A DNA stretch of 64,000 nt from a virus (taxonomy: Duplodnaviria; Heunggongvirae; Uroviricota; Caudoviricetes): IMG/VR virus record IMGVR_UViG_3300022555_000017, positions 1-64,000 of that record, one strand, 5' to 3'. Both the position numbers and the translations under genes were made by a program. Position 1 is the stretch's first letter. The number at the start of each line of letters is the position of its first letter. Of the stretch, positions 47,888 to 57,007 are shown in pieces. The notes beneath the pieces are model-generated. The model was given only the letters and a program-made list of their open reading frames with translations, was not told where the DNA came from and did no database searches.

Positions 47888-48621
47888 TGCATAATATTAC
47901 AGAACTTCTTAACTATAAAAAAAGTAATATAGCTGTAATTTTAGGCAGTGGATCGTCAATAAATGACATAACAGAACAAGAATGGGAAAAATTAAAAACC
48001 TTTGATCTTTGGGCATTAAATAACTGGGTTTACCATCCTTCAGTAATACCCAATTTTTATCATATAGAAGTTAAACATTATGATGCAGAAATTGTTAAAA
48101 GAAGATTGGAAGAAAAATGGGATAAGTATAAAGATGTTATATATTTAGTGCCTTCTATAAGACAAGATGTAGTAGATGTTATAGGGCATGAAAATGAAGC
48201 TAAAATATTTTATTATGAATATATTAAAAGAAATATATATAAAAATAAAATAAATGCTAATTATAATATAAAAATAAAAGGTATTTTTGTAAGATCATAT
48301 AATACATCATTATCATTATTAATAGATATGTTATATAAATTAAAATATAGATATATTATTTTAGCAGGCGTAGATTTATTGGATTCAAGATATTTTTGGA
48401 CTAATGGCGATCCTAATATATATGGTGAAGTACATCAACAATGGAATAAAGAAATTAGTGGAGGTAAAATTGATGCCCCTCATAAAACTCACCATATTTC
48501 AAATTTCATAATTGATTTTAATAATCAGCATATGAAATCTAAAAAAAGAGAAATATTTTTAATAACTAAAAAATCAAAACTTTATCCAGATTTAAATTGT
48601 ATTAAAATAGAGAATATATGA
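47887..48621 (+). CDS. DUF115/MptE-like (Maf-like) domain protein, paralog 2
   Basis: IAVILGSGSSI...; clearly paralogous to 47135-47887 (EEKW, GHE.EAKIF.Y, YFWT, PKRREIF). Confidence 0.4.
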   Translation: MHNITELLNYKKSNIAVILGSGSSINDITEQEWEKLKTFDLWALNNWVYHPSVIPNFYHIEVKHYDAEIVKRRLEEKWDKYKDVIYLVPSIRQDVVDVIGHENEAKIFYYEYIKRNIYKNKINANYNIKIKGIFVRSYNTSLSLLIDMLYKLKYRYIILAGVDLLDSRYFWTNGDPNIYGEVHQQWNKEISGGKIDAPHKTHHISNFIIDFNNQHMKSKKREIFLITKKSKLYPDLNCIKIENI

Positions 48622-49358
48622 TAGAAAAAAATATAACTATATGCCCCTTATGCCATAGTAAAAGTAATAGAGTAGTGTATAATATAAATTTCACAACATT
48701 ACAATGTAATGATTGTCAATTATATTTTCATAAAAATTATTATACAAAAGAAGAATTATTTAGGTTTTATTCTACAAATTATGGTGTTAGTAGAGGAAAA
48801 AGAGCAAATATAAAAAATCCTGAAAGAATTTTATTTAATGAAAGTAAATATGAATTTTTAAAGGAGAGAAATTGTAGATTAAGATTTATGCCTGTTATAG
48901 ATTCATTTACAGAAAAAAGGAATATACTAGAAATCGGTGCTGATGCAGGTGGCGCTACAAGATATATGATAAAAAGGGGTCATAATGTAGAAGCTGTAGA
49001 ATTATTTAAAGATTATGCTGATAAGCTTACAAAAGAAGGCATTAAAGTTTATAATGATCTATTTGAAAATATTAATTTTAATAAAAAATATGATTTAATT
49101 GTTGCATTAGAAGTGATTGAACACTTTTCAGACCCGTTAAAATGTATAAATAAAATATATAATTTATTAAATACGGATGGTTATTTTATATTTGAAACAC
49201 CTGTAGCAAAAGATGGTTTAGTTGATTCTGCATCATATAGTATAAGACCTTCGCATTATTGTGTATTTAATTCAACTTCTCTAAGTATATTATTAAAAGA
49301 TTTTAAAAATTTACCAAAATTTAATGAAGGCAATGAGGTATATAAAATTAAAAAATGA
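48618..49358 (+). CDS. Class I SAM-dependent methyltransferase with N-terminal Cys4 zinc ribbon
   Basis: CPLCHS...CNDC; LEIGADAGGATRYM (motif I). Confidence 0.55.
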   Translation: MIEKNITICPLCHSKSNRVVYNINFTTLQCNDCQLYFHKNYYTKEELFRFYSTNYGVSRGKRANIKNPERILFNESKYEFLKERNCRLRFMPVIDSFTEKRNILEIGADAGGATRYMIKRGHNVEAVELFKDYADKLTKEGIKVYNDLFENINFNKKYDLIVALEVIEHFSDPLKCINKIYNLLNTDGYFIFETPVAKDGLVDSASYSIRPSHYCVFNSTSLSILLKDFKNLPKFNEGNEVYKIKK

Positions 49359-49663
49359 GTAGATATGAAGATAAAACGATAGAAAAATTATTAGAAGAAC
49401 TTGAAATTGAAGGTGAATTTTTAGATAAAGAGTTAGCAAATATAACAGGAAAAGATAAAATATCACCGGCGGGTGTAGTAAGATCAGTAACAGATGAAGA
49501 AAGAAATACGAAAAAAAGATGGATATGCTCAATTTTAAGAGATATTTATAATCATTCAGATAATGATGATGTAAAAAAATATACAATAGAAGCAGCAATT
49601 CAAGCTAAAAAAATGACAAGAAAATTAGCAGAATATAAAGCAAAGGAATTAAAAAATGAATAA
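49355..49663 (+). CDS. Hypothetical protein (102 aa)
   Basis: ORF, translationally coupled. Confidence 0.4.
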   Translation: MSRYEDKTIEKLLEELEIEGEFLDKELANITGKDKISPAGVVRSVTDEERNTKKRWICSILRDIYNHSDNDDVKKYTIEAAIQAKKMTRKLAEYKAKELKNE

Positions 49664-50228
49664 TATATGTATGTATGGTAGTTATACTGATTATATACCA
49701 TTGCTGAAAGAATATAAAGGTGGTTCTTTTTTAGATGTAGGTGGTAATAATGGTAAAGCAGAAGCATATGCAGAAGGATTTAAATATTTTGTTTTAGAAC
49801 TTTCGCAACCAAAGCATCCACATGAAAATACGATTATAGGGGATATATGTAATTGCCAAGAAATTAAAGATGATTCCTATGATGTAGTATATTCCAATGA
49901 TGTATTTGAGCATCTTTTAGAACCTTGGTCAGCGGCTGAGCACATTATTAGAATATGTAAACCTGGCGGACTAATCATAACAAGTACTGTTTTTTCTTGG
50001 AGATTTCATCCTGTTCCTGTAGATACATTTAGATATACGCATCAAGGACTTGAATATCTTTTTACAAGAACTGGTAAGGTACAAAGTTTAATAAGTAAAT
50101 ATGATATAAGAAAGAGAAGGAAAGATTCAAGAGGTAAAGGTGAATTTGATTTGCCTCCTATTGATGAATTAGGTGGCTGGCGAGAAAATTGGAAAGTACT
50201 ATATGTTTGTAAGAAAAATAAACAATAG
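49656..50228 (+). CDS. Class I SAM-dependent methyltransferase
   Basis: FLDVGGNNGK (motif I), VVYSNDVFEHL, CKPGGLI. Confidence 0.55.
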   Translation: MNNICMYGSYTDYIPLLKEYKGGSFLDVGGNNGKAEAYAEGFKYFVLELSQPKHPHENTIIGDICNCQEIKDDSYDVVYSNDVFEHLLEPWSAAEHIIRICKPGGLIITSTVFSWRFHPVPVDTFRYTHQGLEYLFTRTGKVQSLISKYDIRKRRKDSRGKGEFDLPPIDELGGWRENWKVLYVCKKNKQ

Positions 50229-50237
50229 GAGTAATAT

Positions 50238-51089
50238 ATGAATAATGTGTTATTAGTTGGCGAAATTGGCTTGAATGGAAATGGGGATTTAGAAATAACC
50301 AAAAAACTAATTAATATCTGTCATGCGTTCGGCGTTGACTATGTTAAATTTCAAAAAAGAACATTAGATAAATGTTATACACAAGAAGAACTTAATAAAC
50401 CAAGAGAAAGTCCGTGGGGTACAACAACAAGAGAGCAAAAACAAGGTTTAGAATATAGTAAGGAAGAGTATAATGAAATAGATAAATATTGTAAAATGGT
50501 TGGTATAAAATGGTTTGCATCCGTTTGGGATATAGAATCTGTAAATTTTATTGAAAGTTATGATGTTCCATTTATAAAGATACCATCAGCATTGATCTCA
50601 CACATTGAACTACTGAACTCCGTCAAAAGGTCAGGAATACCTGTTATCATATCAACTGGTATGAGTGAGTGGGAAGAAATTAAAACAGCTATTTCCATTT
50701 TAGGTGATAATCTTAAATATGTTCTACACACAACTTCAAGTTATCCTACCCCTGTTGATGAAATGAATTTAAATAAGATAACAACATTAAAAGATTCAGC
50801 TCCTATTAGTGGTAGCTATAAGATAGGATTTTCAAATCATCACCAAGGAACATTCTTTTGCACAGTTGCAGCAGTTTTGGGTGCTGAGATGATAGAATTT
50901 CATGTAACTTTAGATAGGGCAATGTATGGGTCTGATCAGGCGGCCAGTATTGAGCCAAATGGTATAAGACTTATTGTAGATCACATAAGAGATTTAGATG
51001 TTGCAATGGGTGATGGATATTGGAAAAGGAAAATAGAACCATCAGAAATACCAGTAATAAAAAAATTAAAAAGAAATCTTGACTTTTAA
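50238..51089 (+). CDS. NeuB/PseI-family nonulosonic acid (sialic/pseudaminic/legionaminic) synthase, short form (no obvious SAF domain)
   Basis: N-terminal VGEIGLNGNGDLEITKKLINICHAFGVDYVKFQKR matches the NeuB TIM-barrel N-terminus (IAEIG.NH.G.L..A..LI..A...GADAVKFQ). Confidence 0.6.
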   Translation: MNNVLLVGEIGLNGNGDLEITKKLINICHAFGVDYVKFQKRTLDKCYTQEELNKPRESPWGTTTREQKQGLEYSKEEYNEIDKYCKMVGIKWFASVWDIESVNFIESYDVPFIKIPSALISHIELLNSVKRSGIPVIISTGMSEWEEIKTAISILGDNLKYVLHTTSSYPTPVDEMNLNKITTLKDSAPISGSYKIGFSNHHQGTFFCTVAAVLGAEMIEFHVTLDRAMYGSDQAASIEPNGIRLIVDHIRDLDVAMGDGYWKRKIEPSEIPVIKKLKRNLDF

Positions 51090-51125
51090 ATAAAAATAGA
51101 GTATACTGAGGTTAAATAATAAAGA

Positions 51126-52037
51126 ATGTTAAATAAAAAATATAATTTAAATACAGTTAGAGAGTATATAGAAAGTTTTAGTTATAAACTTTTATCAACT
51201 GAATATAAAGATAACAAATCTAAATTATTATTACAATGTCCTAAAAATCATATAATAAAATTATCACTTCATAATTTTAAAGAAAATAGATGTTCTATAT
51301 GTTCAAATAAAAAACCTGATTTATATGAAATTAGTAACTATGTTGAAAGTTTCAATTATAAAGTTATATCTACAGAATATACAAATAAAAAAAATAAATT
51401 AAAAATACAATGTTCTGAAGGGCATATTTATGAAAGTAGTTATAACAGTTTTAAAAATGGTATTAGATGCCACTTATGTAAAGATAAAAAACTAAAAAAG
51501 GAAAAATTACACACTAATATTTTATATAATAAAAAGAAAACTTTAAAAGAAGTTAAAGAATATATTGAAAGTTTTGGTTATAATCTTTTATTTACAGAAT
51601 ATATAAATGCTAGGTCTAAATTAAAGTTAAAATGCCCTTCTGAGCATATATATAATGTAAAATGGCCAGATTTTAAAAACAATCATAGATGTCCTGAATG
51701 TGCATCGGTTAAGGGATGGTCTAAGCCAGAAAAAGAAATAGCTGAATATGTTAAAACAATATATTTAAATAATATTATAGAAAATGATAGAACACAAATA
51801 AAGAACTATTGGACAAATAAAAATTTAGAACTGGATATTTGGCTACCAGAAATAAGAAAAGCAATAGAGTTTAATGGTTCTTATTGGCATAATAATGATA
51901 AGTCAAGATGGTATGATGAAATAAAAAAGAAACAATGCATACAAAAAGGTATTGATTTATTAGTTATAAATGAACAAGATTGGTATGATGATAAAAAACT
52001 TCAATTGAATAATATTGGAGGATTTATCAATGTTTGA
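51126..52037 (+). CDS. Zn-ribbon-repeat (x3) plus Vsr/DUF559-like nuclease family protein
   Basis: Family motifs; located at the 3' end of the glycan cluster. Confidence 0.7.
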   Translation: MLNKKYNLNTVREYIESFSYKLLSTEYKDNKSKLLLQCPKNHIIKLSLHNFKENRCSICSNKKPDLYEISNYVESFNYKVISTEYTNKKNKLKIQCSEGHIYESSYNSFKNGIRCHLCKDKKLKKEKLHTNILYNKKKTLKEVKEYIESFGYNLLFTEYINARSKLKLKCPSEHIYNVKWPDFKNNHRCPECASVKGWSKPEKEIAEYVKTIYLNNIIENDRTQIKNYWTNKNLELDIWLPEIRKAIEFNGSYWHNNDKSRWYDEIKKKQCIQKGIDLLVINEQDWYDDKKLQLNNIGGFINV

Positions 52038-52260
52038 TGATATTATTATAGACAAAAAGAAAGTATATAAAGAAAGATTAAATGAAAAAATACAAAATAT
52101 TTTAGATAGTTTTAAATTGGAGCCTGATGATTCTAAAACTAGAAGTATTTTATATAATACACTACAACTTTTTTTAGAAGAGGAAAAAAAGAACAAACGA
52201 ATACAAAATTATTTATTAAAAATAACTGAAAAAAATATAAAAATTGAGGTTAATGTCTAA
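52030..52260 (+). CDS. Hypothetical protein (76 aa)
   Basis: ggagg RBS before the ATG at 52030. Confidence 0.4.
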   Translation: MFDDIIIDKKKVYKERLNEKIQNILDSFKLEPDDSKTRSILYNTLQLFLEEEKKNKRIQNYLLKITEKNIKIEVNV

Positions 52261-52496
52261 TGTATGATGATCTGATAATGACTAAAAGACCTCTTGTTGG
52301 CGAAGAATACAATAGAGTATCAAAGGAATTACACCAAGGATGCTATGAATTATTGATAGAGCATTTAGGCGAAGATAAAAAGATTATACAAAATTTATTA
52401 GAAGGGTATATCAATTCAATATTAGAAGATTATGATACAAAATTTATTATTGAATTTGATATAGAAAAGTATAAAATAAACATAATTTTTAAGTAG
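52260..52496 (+). CDS. Hypothetical protein (78 aa)
   Basis: ORF, translationally coupled. Confidence 0.4.
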   Translation: MYDDLIMTKRPLVGEEYNRVSKELHQGCYELLIEHLGEDKKIIQNLLEGYINSILEDYDTKFIIEFDIEKYKINIIFK

Positions 52497-52510
52497 AAAG
52501 GAGAGGTAAA

Positions 52511-52696
52511 ATGTTTGAAGATATTTTTGGGGATTTTGACAGACAAGTAGAAAGAATAACTAACATTGATGATGGCGCTGGGCAGGTTCAAGCAGTTGAT
52601 GATGTTTGGAAAACTGATGTTTGGTCTACTGCTGATGAAGTTAATCCAGATTATGTTTGGGGTAGAGTTAATCCAGATTATGTCTGGCGAAGTTGA
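52511..52696 (+). CDS. Hypothetical protein (61 aa) with a duplicated NPDYVWGRV / NPDYVWRS C-terminus from a 27-bp tandem duplication
   Basis: ggagagg RBS; last plus-strand gene before the convergent junction; overlaps the 3' end of the minus-strand gene. Confidence 0.35.
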   Translation: MFEDIFGDFDRQVERITNIDDGAGQVQAVDDVWKTDVWSTADEVNPDYVWGRVNPDYVWRS

Positions 52697-53343
52697 TCTA
52701 AAATAGGTTCAATAAAATCACGATGTATCAGCTTTTTAGTTGAATAAAATTCTTCATTACTACCAGCTGATATATCGTTTTTTGTGCTCATTGCAATAAA
52801 AGAAGTACTAAAGCATAAACCGCCAATATAACCATGCTTATACAGTTTCAAAACCATTGCCCAGTCCGACATTCGATGTATAGTTTCATCAGTTACAAAT
52901 CCACCAACTTCTTCTACTATTTTAGAATCATACATACTGTTGGATGATATATAATTACCTTTTAATAGTTTCTTTATATCATATTCCATTGGAGGAAATT
53001 TTATATTTACATGGCCAGAATATTCAAATGGGCAATACGAAAATGCTAGATGTGATTTTTTGATTACAGAATGGAGTTTATCAAGCATATTTCTACCCAA
53101 AATTATATCCCTATCAATGATCTGAATATAGTTGGGTAGAAAATTGAATTGTTTTTTAAATTGATCTAAACCTGCTTGAACATTGGTTGCGTGTTTACCT
53201 GAACCTTCATATGAAATCCAAGTGAAATCTATATCGTTCTTCTTTATAGATGTTTTGGTTTCACTACTAATCTTATGCCCTGTAAGTAAAGGCGTAAGCA
53301 CCAGAAGTTCTTTTGATTTACTTTCCTTTAAAACATTTAACAT
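52678..53343 (-). CDS. Hypothetical protein (221 aa), possible glycosyltransferase-like
   Basis: ORF. Confidence 0.45.
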   Translation of the reverse strand: MLNVLKESKSKELLVLTPLLTGHKISSETKTSIKKNDIDFTWISYEGSGKHATNVQAGLDQFKKQFNFLPNYIQIIDRDIILGRNMLDKLHSVIKKSHLAFSYCPFEYSGHVNIKFPPMEYDIKKLLKGNYISSNSMYDSKIVEEVGGFVTDETIHRMSDWAMVLKLYKHGYIGGLCFSTSFIAMSTKNDISAGSNEEFYSTKKLIHRDFIEPILDQLRQT

Positions 53344-53636
53344 TAAAGTAGTGTCGTAACAGGATTTTCAACCTTTACAAGTTCTTCGGATTCTTTCTGA
53401 ACATACCCTGTAAATCTGGCTGAAAATCTCTTCTTATCATCTATCAAATAACTTACATTATACTTCTTCTCATCATGTATAAGCAAATCGCCATAAGAAG
53501 GTAAAAGGCCATTCAAAGATTCAGCAGTAAATGAATACTCACCCGGCTTCAAATACATTACCTTATATTGCCCTTCAACTACATCATTTAACTGAGGTAA
53601 AAATATACTTTCAACAAATCCTTTTTTATTAGACAT
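53343..53636 (-). CDS. Hypothetical protein (97 aa)
   Basis: ORF overlapping its neighbours. Confidence 0.4.
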   Translation of the reverse strand: MSNKKGFVESIFLPQLNDVVEGQYKVMYLKPGEYSFTAESLNGLLPSYGDLLIHDEKKYNVSYLIDDKKRFSARFTGYVQKESEELVKVENPVTTLL

Positions 53637-53937
53637 TATTATCTCCAGACATTCCTTTTACTAATGTATCTAATAGACTATTCATATTAGATGTATTCTT
53701 TTCAATTGATTTACTATACTTCTTATAGCCCATCTCATCAATGGTTTCAGCTTCATCGGATAATCGTACAATTTCAAAGGCCATCAAAACATCTACAATA
53801 CTTGACAATCTTTCATACTCATCTTTCAAATCTTCTTCTTCTTTAATACCATCCCTTGTAATCTCTATTTGTGGCTTGATATTATTAAAATTACCTGTAT
53901 TGATTGTCATACTCCTAGACACAGTTATTTTTAACAT
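53629..53937 (-). CDS. Hypothetical protein (102 aa)
   Basis: ORF. Confidence 0.4.
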   Translation of the reverse strand: MLKITVSRSMTINTGNFNNIKPQIEITRDGIKEEEDLKDEYERLSSIVDVLMAFEIVRLSDEAETIDEMGYKKYSKSIEKNTSNMNSLLDTLVKGMSGDNNV

Positions 53938-53951
53938 ATTATACTCCTTTT

Positions 53952-54365
53952 TTAATAAAATATTTCAGCTAAAATCATTTCAGCCATTTTTAATCTATCC
54001 ATTTGATTTTGAACATTTAATCCTTGTGTATTAACAGCAAACTCTATCATATCAGCAATTTTAATCAGATAGATTTTCTCTAATGCACTATTTTTCAAAA
54101 AACAATCCAACATATACATTTTAGCCAAATCAAAATCTAATACAACTGCTGATGGTACTACTTGTGTAGGAACTGATGGTTGTATTTGCTGGCCAACAGT
54201 ACCTGAAATCGTATGGATTTTTTTTATTGACGGGGATGAAGGCACCGCTTGTGTTTTACTACCATTATAAGGTTTAACAGTAGCGTCTTGCCCTTCACAC
54301 TCACATTCAACTTTATCTATATCACTACATTTGTTTTCTTCATTCATTACCAGATCATCAAACAT
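53952..54365 (-). CDS. Hypothetical protein (137 aa)
   Basis: ORF. Confidence 0.4.
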   Translation of the reverse strand: MFDDLVMNEENKCSDIDKVECECEGQDATVKPYNGSKTQAVPSSPSIKKIHTISGTVGQQIQPSVPTQVVPSAVVLDFDLAKMYMLDCFLKNSALEKIYLIKIADMIEFAVNTQGLNVQNQMDRLKMAEMILAEIFY

Positions 54366-54376
54366 AATTATTCTCC

Positions 54377-55243
54377 TTACATATCACTTAAATAGTTTTT
54401 TATTAGATTAGCTGTATATACAACATCCATTTCAGGGTAATAGTTCTTTATATCCACATAAATCTGATGTATAATACCAACATAACAAAGATCATAACTC
54501 TTTACATTATACCAAACACTAAAATCATTCTCAACAATACTTTCAAATGCGTTATAGTATCTATTCTCTATCGGGATTAAAGGAATACAATTATTCTCTA
54601 ATGCTTTTACAAAATCTGAATGGAGATAACCGCACATATTTTGATTGAATGTATTGATTAAAATAGTAGCTTTCAGATCGCAAAACTCTATAGGTTTCTT
54701 TTTAACACTAAAATCTACATAGTTATTTTCATGCCTTATATCAGCATCATAGTTTACTTCTAATCCGCCATACATTTCAGATACATAATACTTATCAAAG
54801 GCTTGTATTCTATCACTTATAGAACCCTTATAACCCAATGGTGTTCGTTTCCAGTTGCAAAATTGAATGCCATTTAATGTTTTAATCTTCAACCAAAAAG
54901 GTAGATAACGAAATCCTCGCCTATGATTTAAATATGGCTCAAAAAATACAACATTAAACTTCTTCAGCCAGCTATATTCTTTCTCAGTCATTGATGCTTG
55001 ACTATCAAAAATAATTATAGGCTTTTTCGTCCTTGTAAATTCTTCAACAAGTTCCGTTTGTTTTAAGATCAACTTTCCTTTATTAGAGTTCTTTTTATCA
55101 TGCTCTGTTTTAATCCAGTTTAGAAAAATAGCATCACACTCTTCATTTGAATCTGATGCTAATTCCTTCACCTTCATTACTGGGTCTTTATTCAACTCAC
55201 AAATTAAACTACCATCATTAACATTAAAAATCCCAAGTATCAT
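54377..55243 (-). CDS. Hypothetical protein (288 aa)
   Basis: ORF. Confidence 0.45.
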   Translation of the reverse strand: MILGIFNVNDGSLICELNKDPVMKVKELASDSNEECDAIFLNWIKTEHDKKNSNKGKLILKQTELVEEFTRTKKPIIIFDSQASMTEKEYSWLKKFNVVFFEPYLNHRRGFRYLPFWLKIKTLNGIQFCNWKRTPLGYKGSISDRIQAFDKYYVSEMYGGLEVNYDADIRHENNYVDFSVKKKPIEFCDLKATILINTFNQNMCGYLHSDFVKALENNCIPLIPIENRYYNAFESIVENDFSVWYNVKSYDLCYVGIIHQIYVDIKNYYPEMDVVYTANLIKNYLSDM

Positions 55244-55264
55244 TATTTATTAAACCATTTCCTA

Positions 55265-56761
55265 TTATATTCTGGCCCATTTAACAATCAAATCGTTGAC
55301 TTCTGTAAACCAACCATTCTTTTCCTCATGCTCATATTCATAAATAAAATCTATAACATGATCCGAAAAGCCATTTATTAATGTCCAGTTTTTATCATAT
55401 GTTAGACCTGAATCATATGTTGCAATGTTCATAATATAACCCTTACTATTATTAGAAGGTAATGCTCTACCATCTGTTGATTGCTCATCTGTTATAACAA
55501 TCACTCTATCATACTCTTCTTTACTCTTTAAATCGTTCAAAGAAGTTCTTAAAGCTGTTCCCATGTTAGGCTGATTATTAATAATAGAATCAGCTAATTC
55601 AAAACCATGATAGTTATTTCCTACAAGGGCTAATCTATCAGAAAAGGTATATACAACACATTCATCGCACACTTCTCTTAAAAGAATAGCAAGTGCTGTT
55701 GCGGTATCAATCCTTTTTGTTTCAGACTTCCTTGCAGTAGCCCAAGTCATTGAACCAGATACATCAACAAGTAATGCAGTTTTACCAGATAACTTGTTAA
55801 ATGTTCTAACACACTTTAACATCATATCTTCAAGTTCTTTCTTAATATCTACATCTGAAATATTCTTATATGCAGTATAGAATCTGAAAGGGAAAAGTTT
55901 TTCAACATTAGCCTTATGTAAAGCATCTATAATCGTATACTTATCAAGACCAGCTTCTATCATACCTCTTATATTTTTGATCAAAGCCATAGCACCTAAC
56001 TTATTATTCTTAATCAAATCCTCAAAAACATCTTTCTTATTTTCACCGGAAGATAAACGCACTTCCCAAGTATCAGGGATTTCTAATTTAGAATATTCAC
56101 CATAAAATGCCTTGATTGGAAATCCTGCTTTTGTTACTGTTGGAAAGAAATCTTTATTTACCAACTGAGCAAACATCTTTCCTTTTGTCATATTTTCAGG
56201 TTTAGCGTGGCACAAAAATGCCGCATCCCTCAACTGAACAGAGCCAGGGCCACTATCATTCTTATTCCATTTAGCTATCTGATACTCATTGAACTTATTG
56301 AAAGCCTTTGAAATACCTTTCTTTACCTGAGCAGACAAAGAAGAATCTTTATCACTACCAGACCAATATAGTTTTAAGAACTCAATTATTTCATCAGGTC
56401 TTTGAATAATCTGATTTAAAGTATTACTTAAAATAGAAGGGGTATATGTCTTAGTATTACGAGCAAGCTCACGAATTAAAAGCAATGGTATTTTTCTTAA
56501 ATGGAACTTATCTCTAGCTTCTATCGCAAGAGAGGCAACCATATAAGGATCGCATTGTTTAACCAATTCTTTTATTCTATTTGTACAAGATGCGCCTGAT
56601 TCATAAAATGAATTTTCATTTAATAGGCAAGATAATACTGAACGTCTTAACTGAGCTTCTGAACTTAAATTTTCAAACATAACATATTCTCCTTGAGTAA
56701 AGATTTGAGGAACAAATTGCATTGAGTGTTTTTTCATTTTGTAGTTGAAGTAACTCAACAC
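55265..56761 (-). CDS. von Willebrand factor A (vWA) domain protein, possibly CobT-like
   Basis: MIDAS motif LLVDVSGSMTW with downstream T and D residues; large N-terminal extension. Confidence 0.5.
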   Translation of the reverse strand: MLSYFNYKMKKHSMQFVPQIFTQGEYVMFENLSSEAQLRRSVLSCLLNENSFYESGASCTNRIKELVKQCDPYMVASLAIEARDKFHLRKIPLLLIRELARNTKTYTPSILSNTLNQIIQRPDEIIEFLKLYWSGSDKDSSLSAQVKKGISKAFNKFNEYQIAKWNKNDSGPGSVQLRDAAFLCHAKPENMTKGKMFAQLVNKDFFPTVTKAGFPIKAFYGEYSKLEIPDTWEVRLSSGENKKDVFEDLIKNNKLGAMALIKNIRGMIEAGLDKYTIIDALHKANVEKLFPFRFYTAYKNISDVDIKKELEDMMLKCVRTFNKLSGKTALLVDVSGSMTWATARKSETKRIDTATALAILLREVCDECVVYTFSDRLALVGNNYHGFELADSIINNQPNMGTALRTSLNDLKSKEEYDRVIVITDEQSTDGRALPSNNSKGYIMNIATYDSGLTYDKNWTLINGFSDHVIDFIYEYEHEEKNGWFTEVNDLIVKWARI

Positions 56762-56811
56762 TCCGCCATCAAATTATATTAAAATAGGGAACAAACAGAA
56801 TGAGCGTCTTT

Positions 56812-56958
56812 TCATTTCAAGTGAAGTATCTCATTCTAACACCACTATAATCTTTTTTATTAAAGAGGAACAATTAAAAAAGAGATTATCAGGAGTTTCA
56901 CCCGAATCCTTTTATTGTTACATTTTTGATTATTAGTCAAATTTCAAGTGAAGTAACT
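56812..56958. repeat. Direct repeat of atttcaagtgaagtaWctc (two copies about 130 bp apart) in the intergenic region upstream of the vWA gene
   Basis: Copies at 56812-56830 and 56940-56958; candidate regulatory sites. Confidence 0.4.
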
Positions 56959-57007
56959 CTTCTTATACACCATCTTTAACTTTGAATATATTATAACATA
57001 TTACTTT

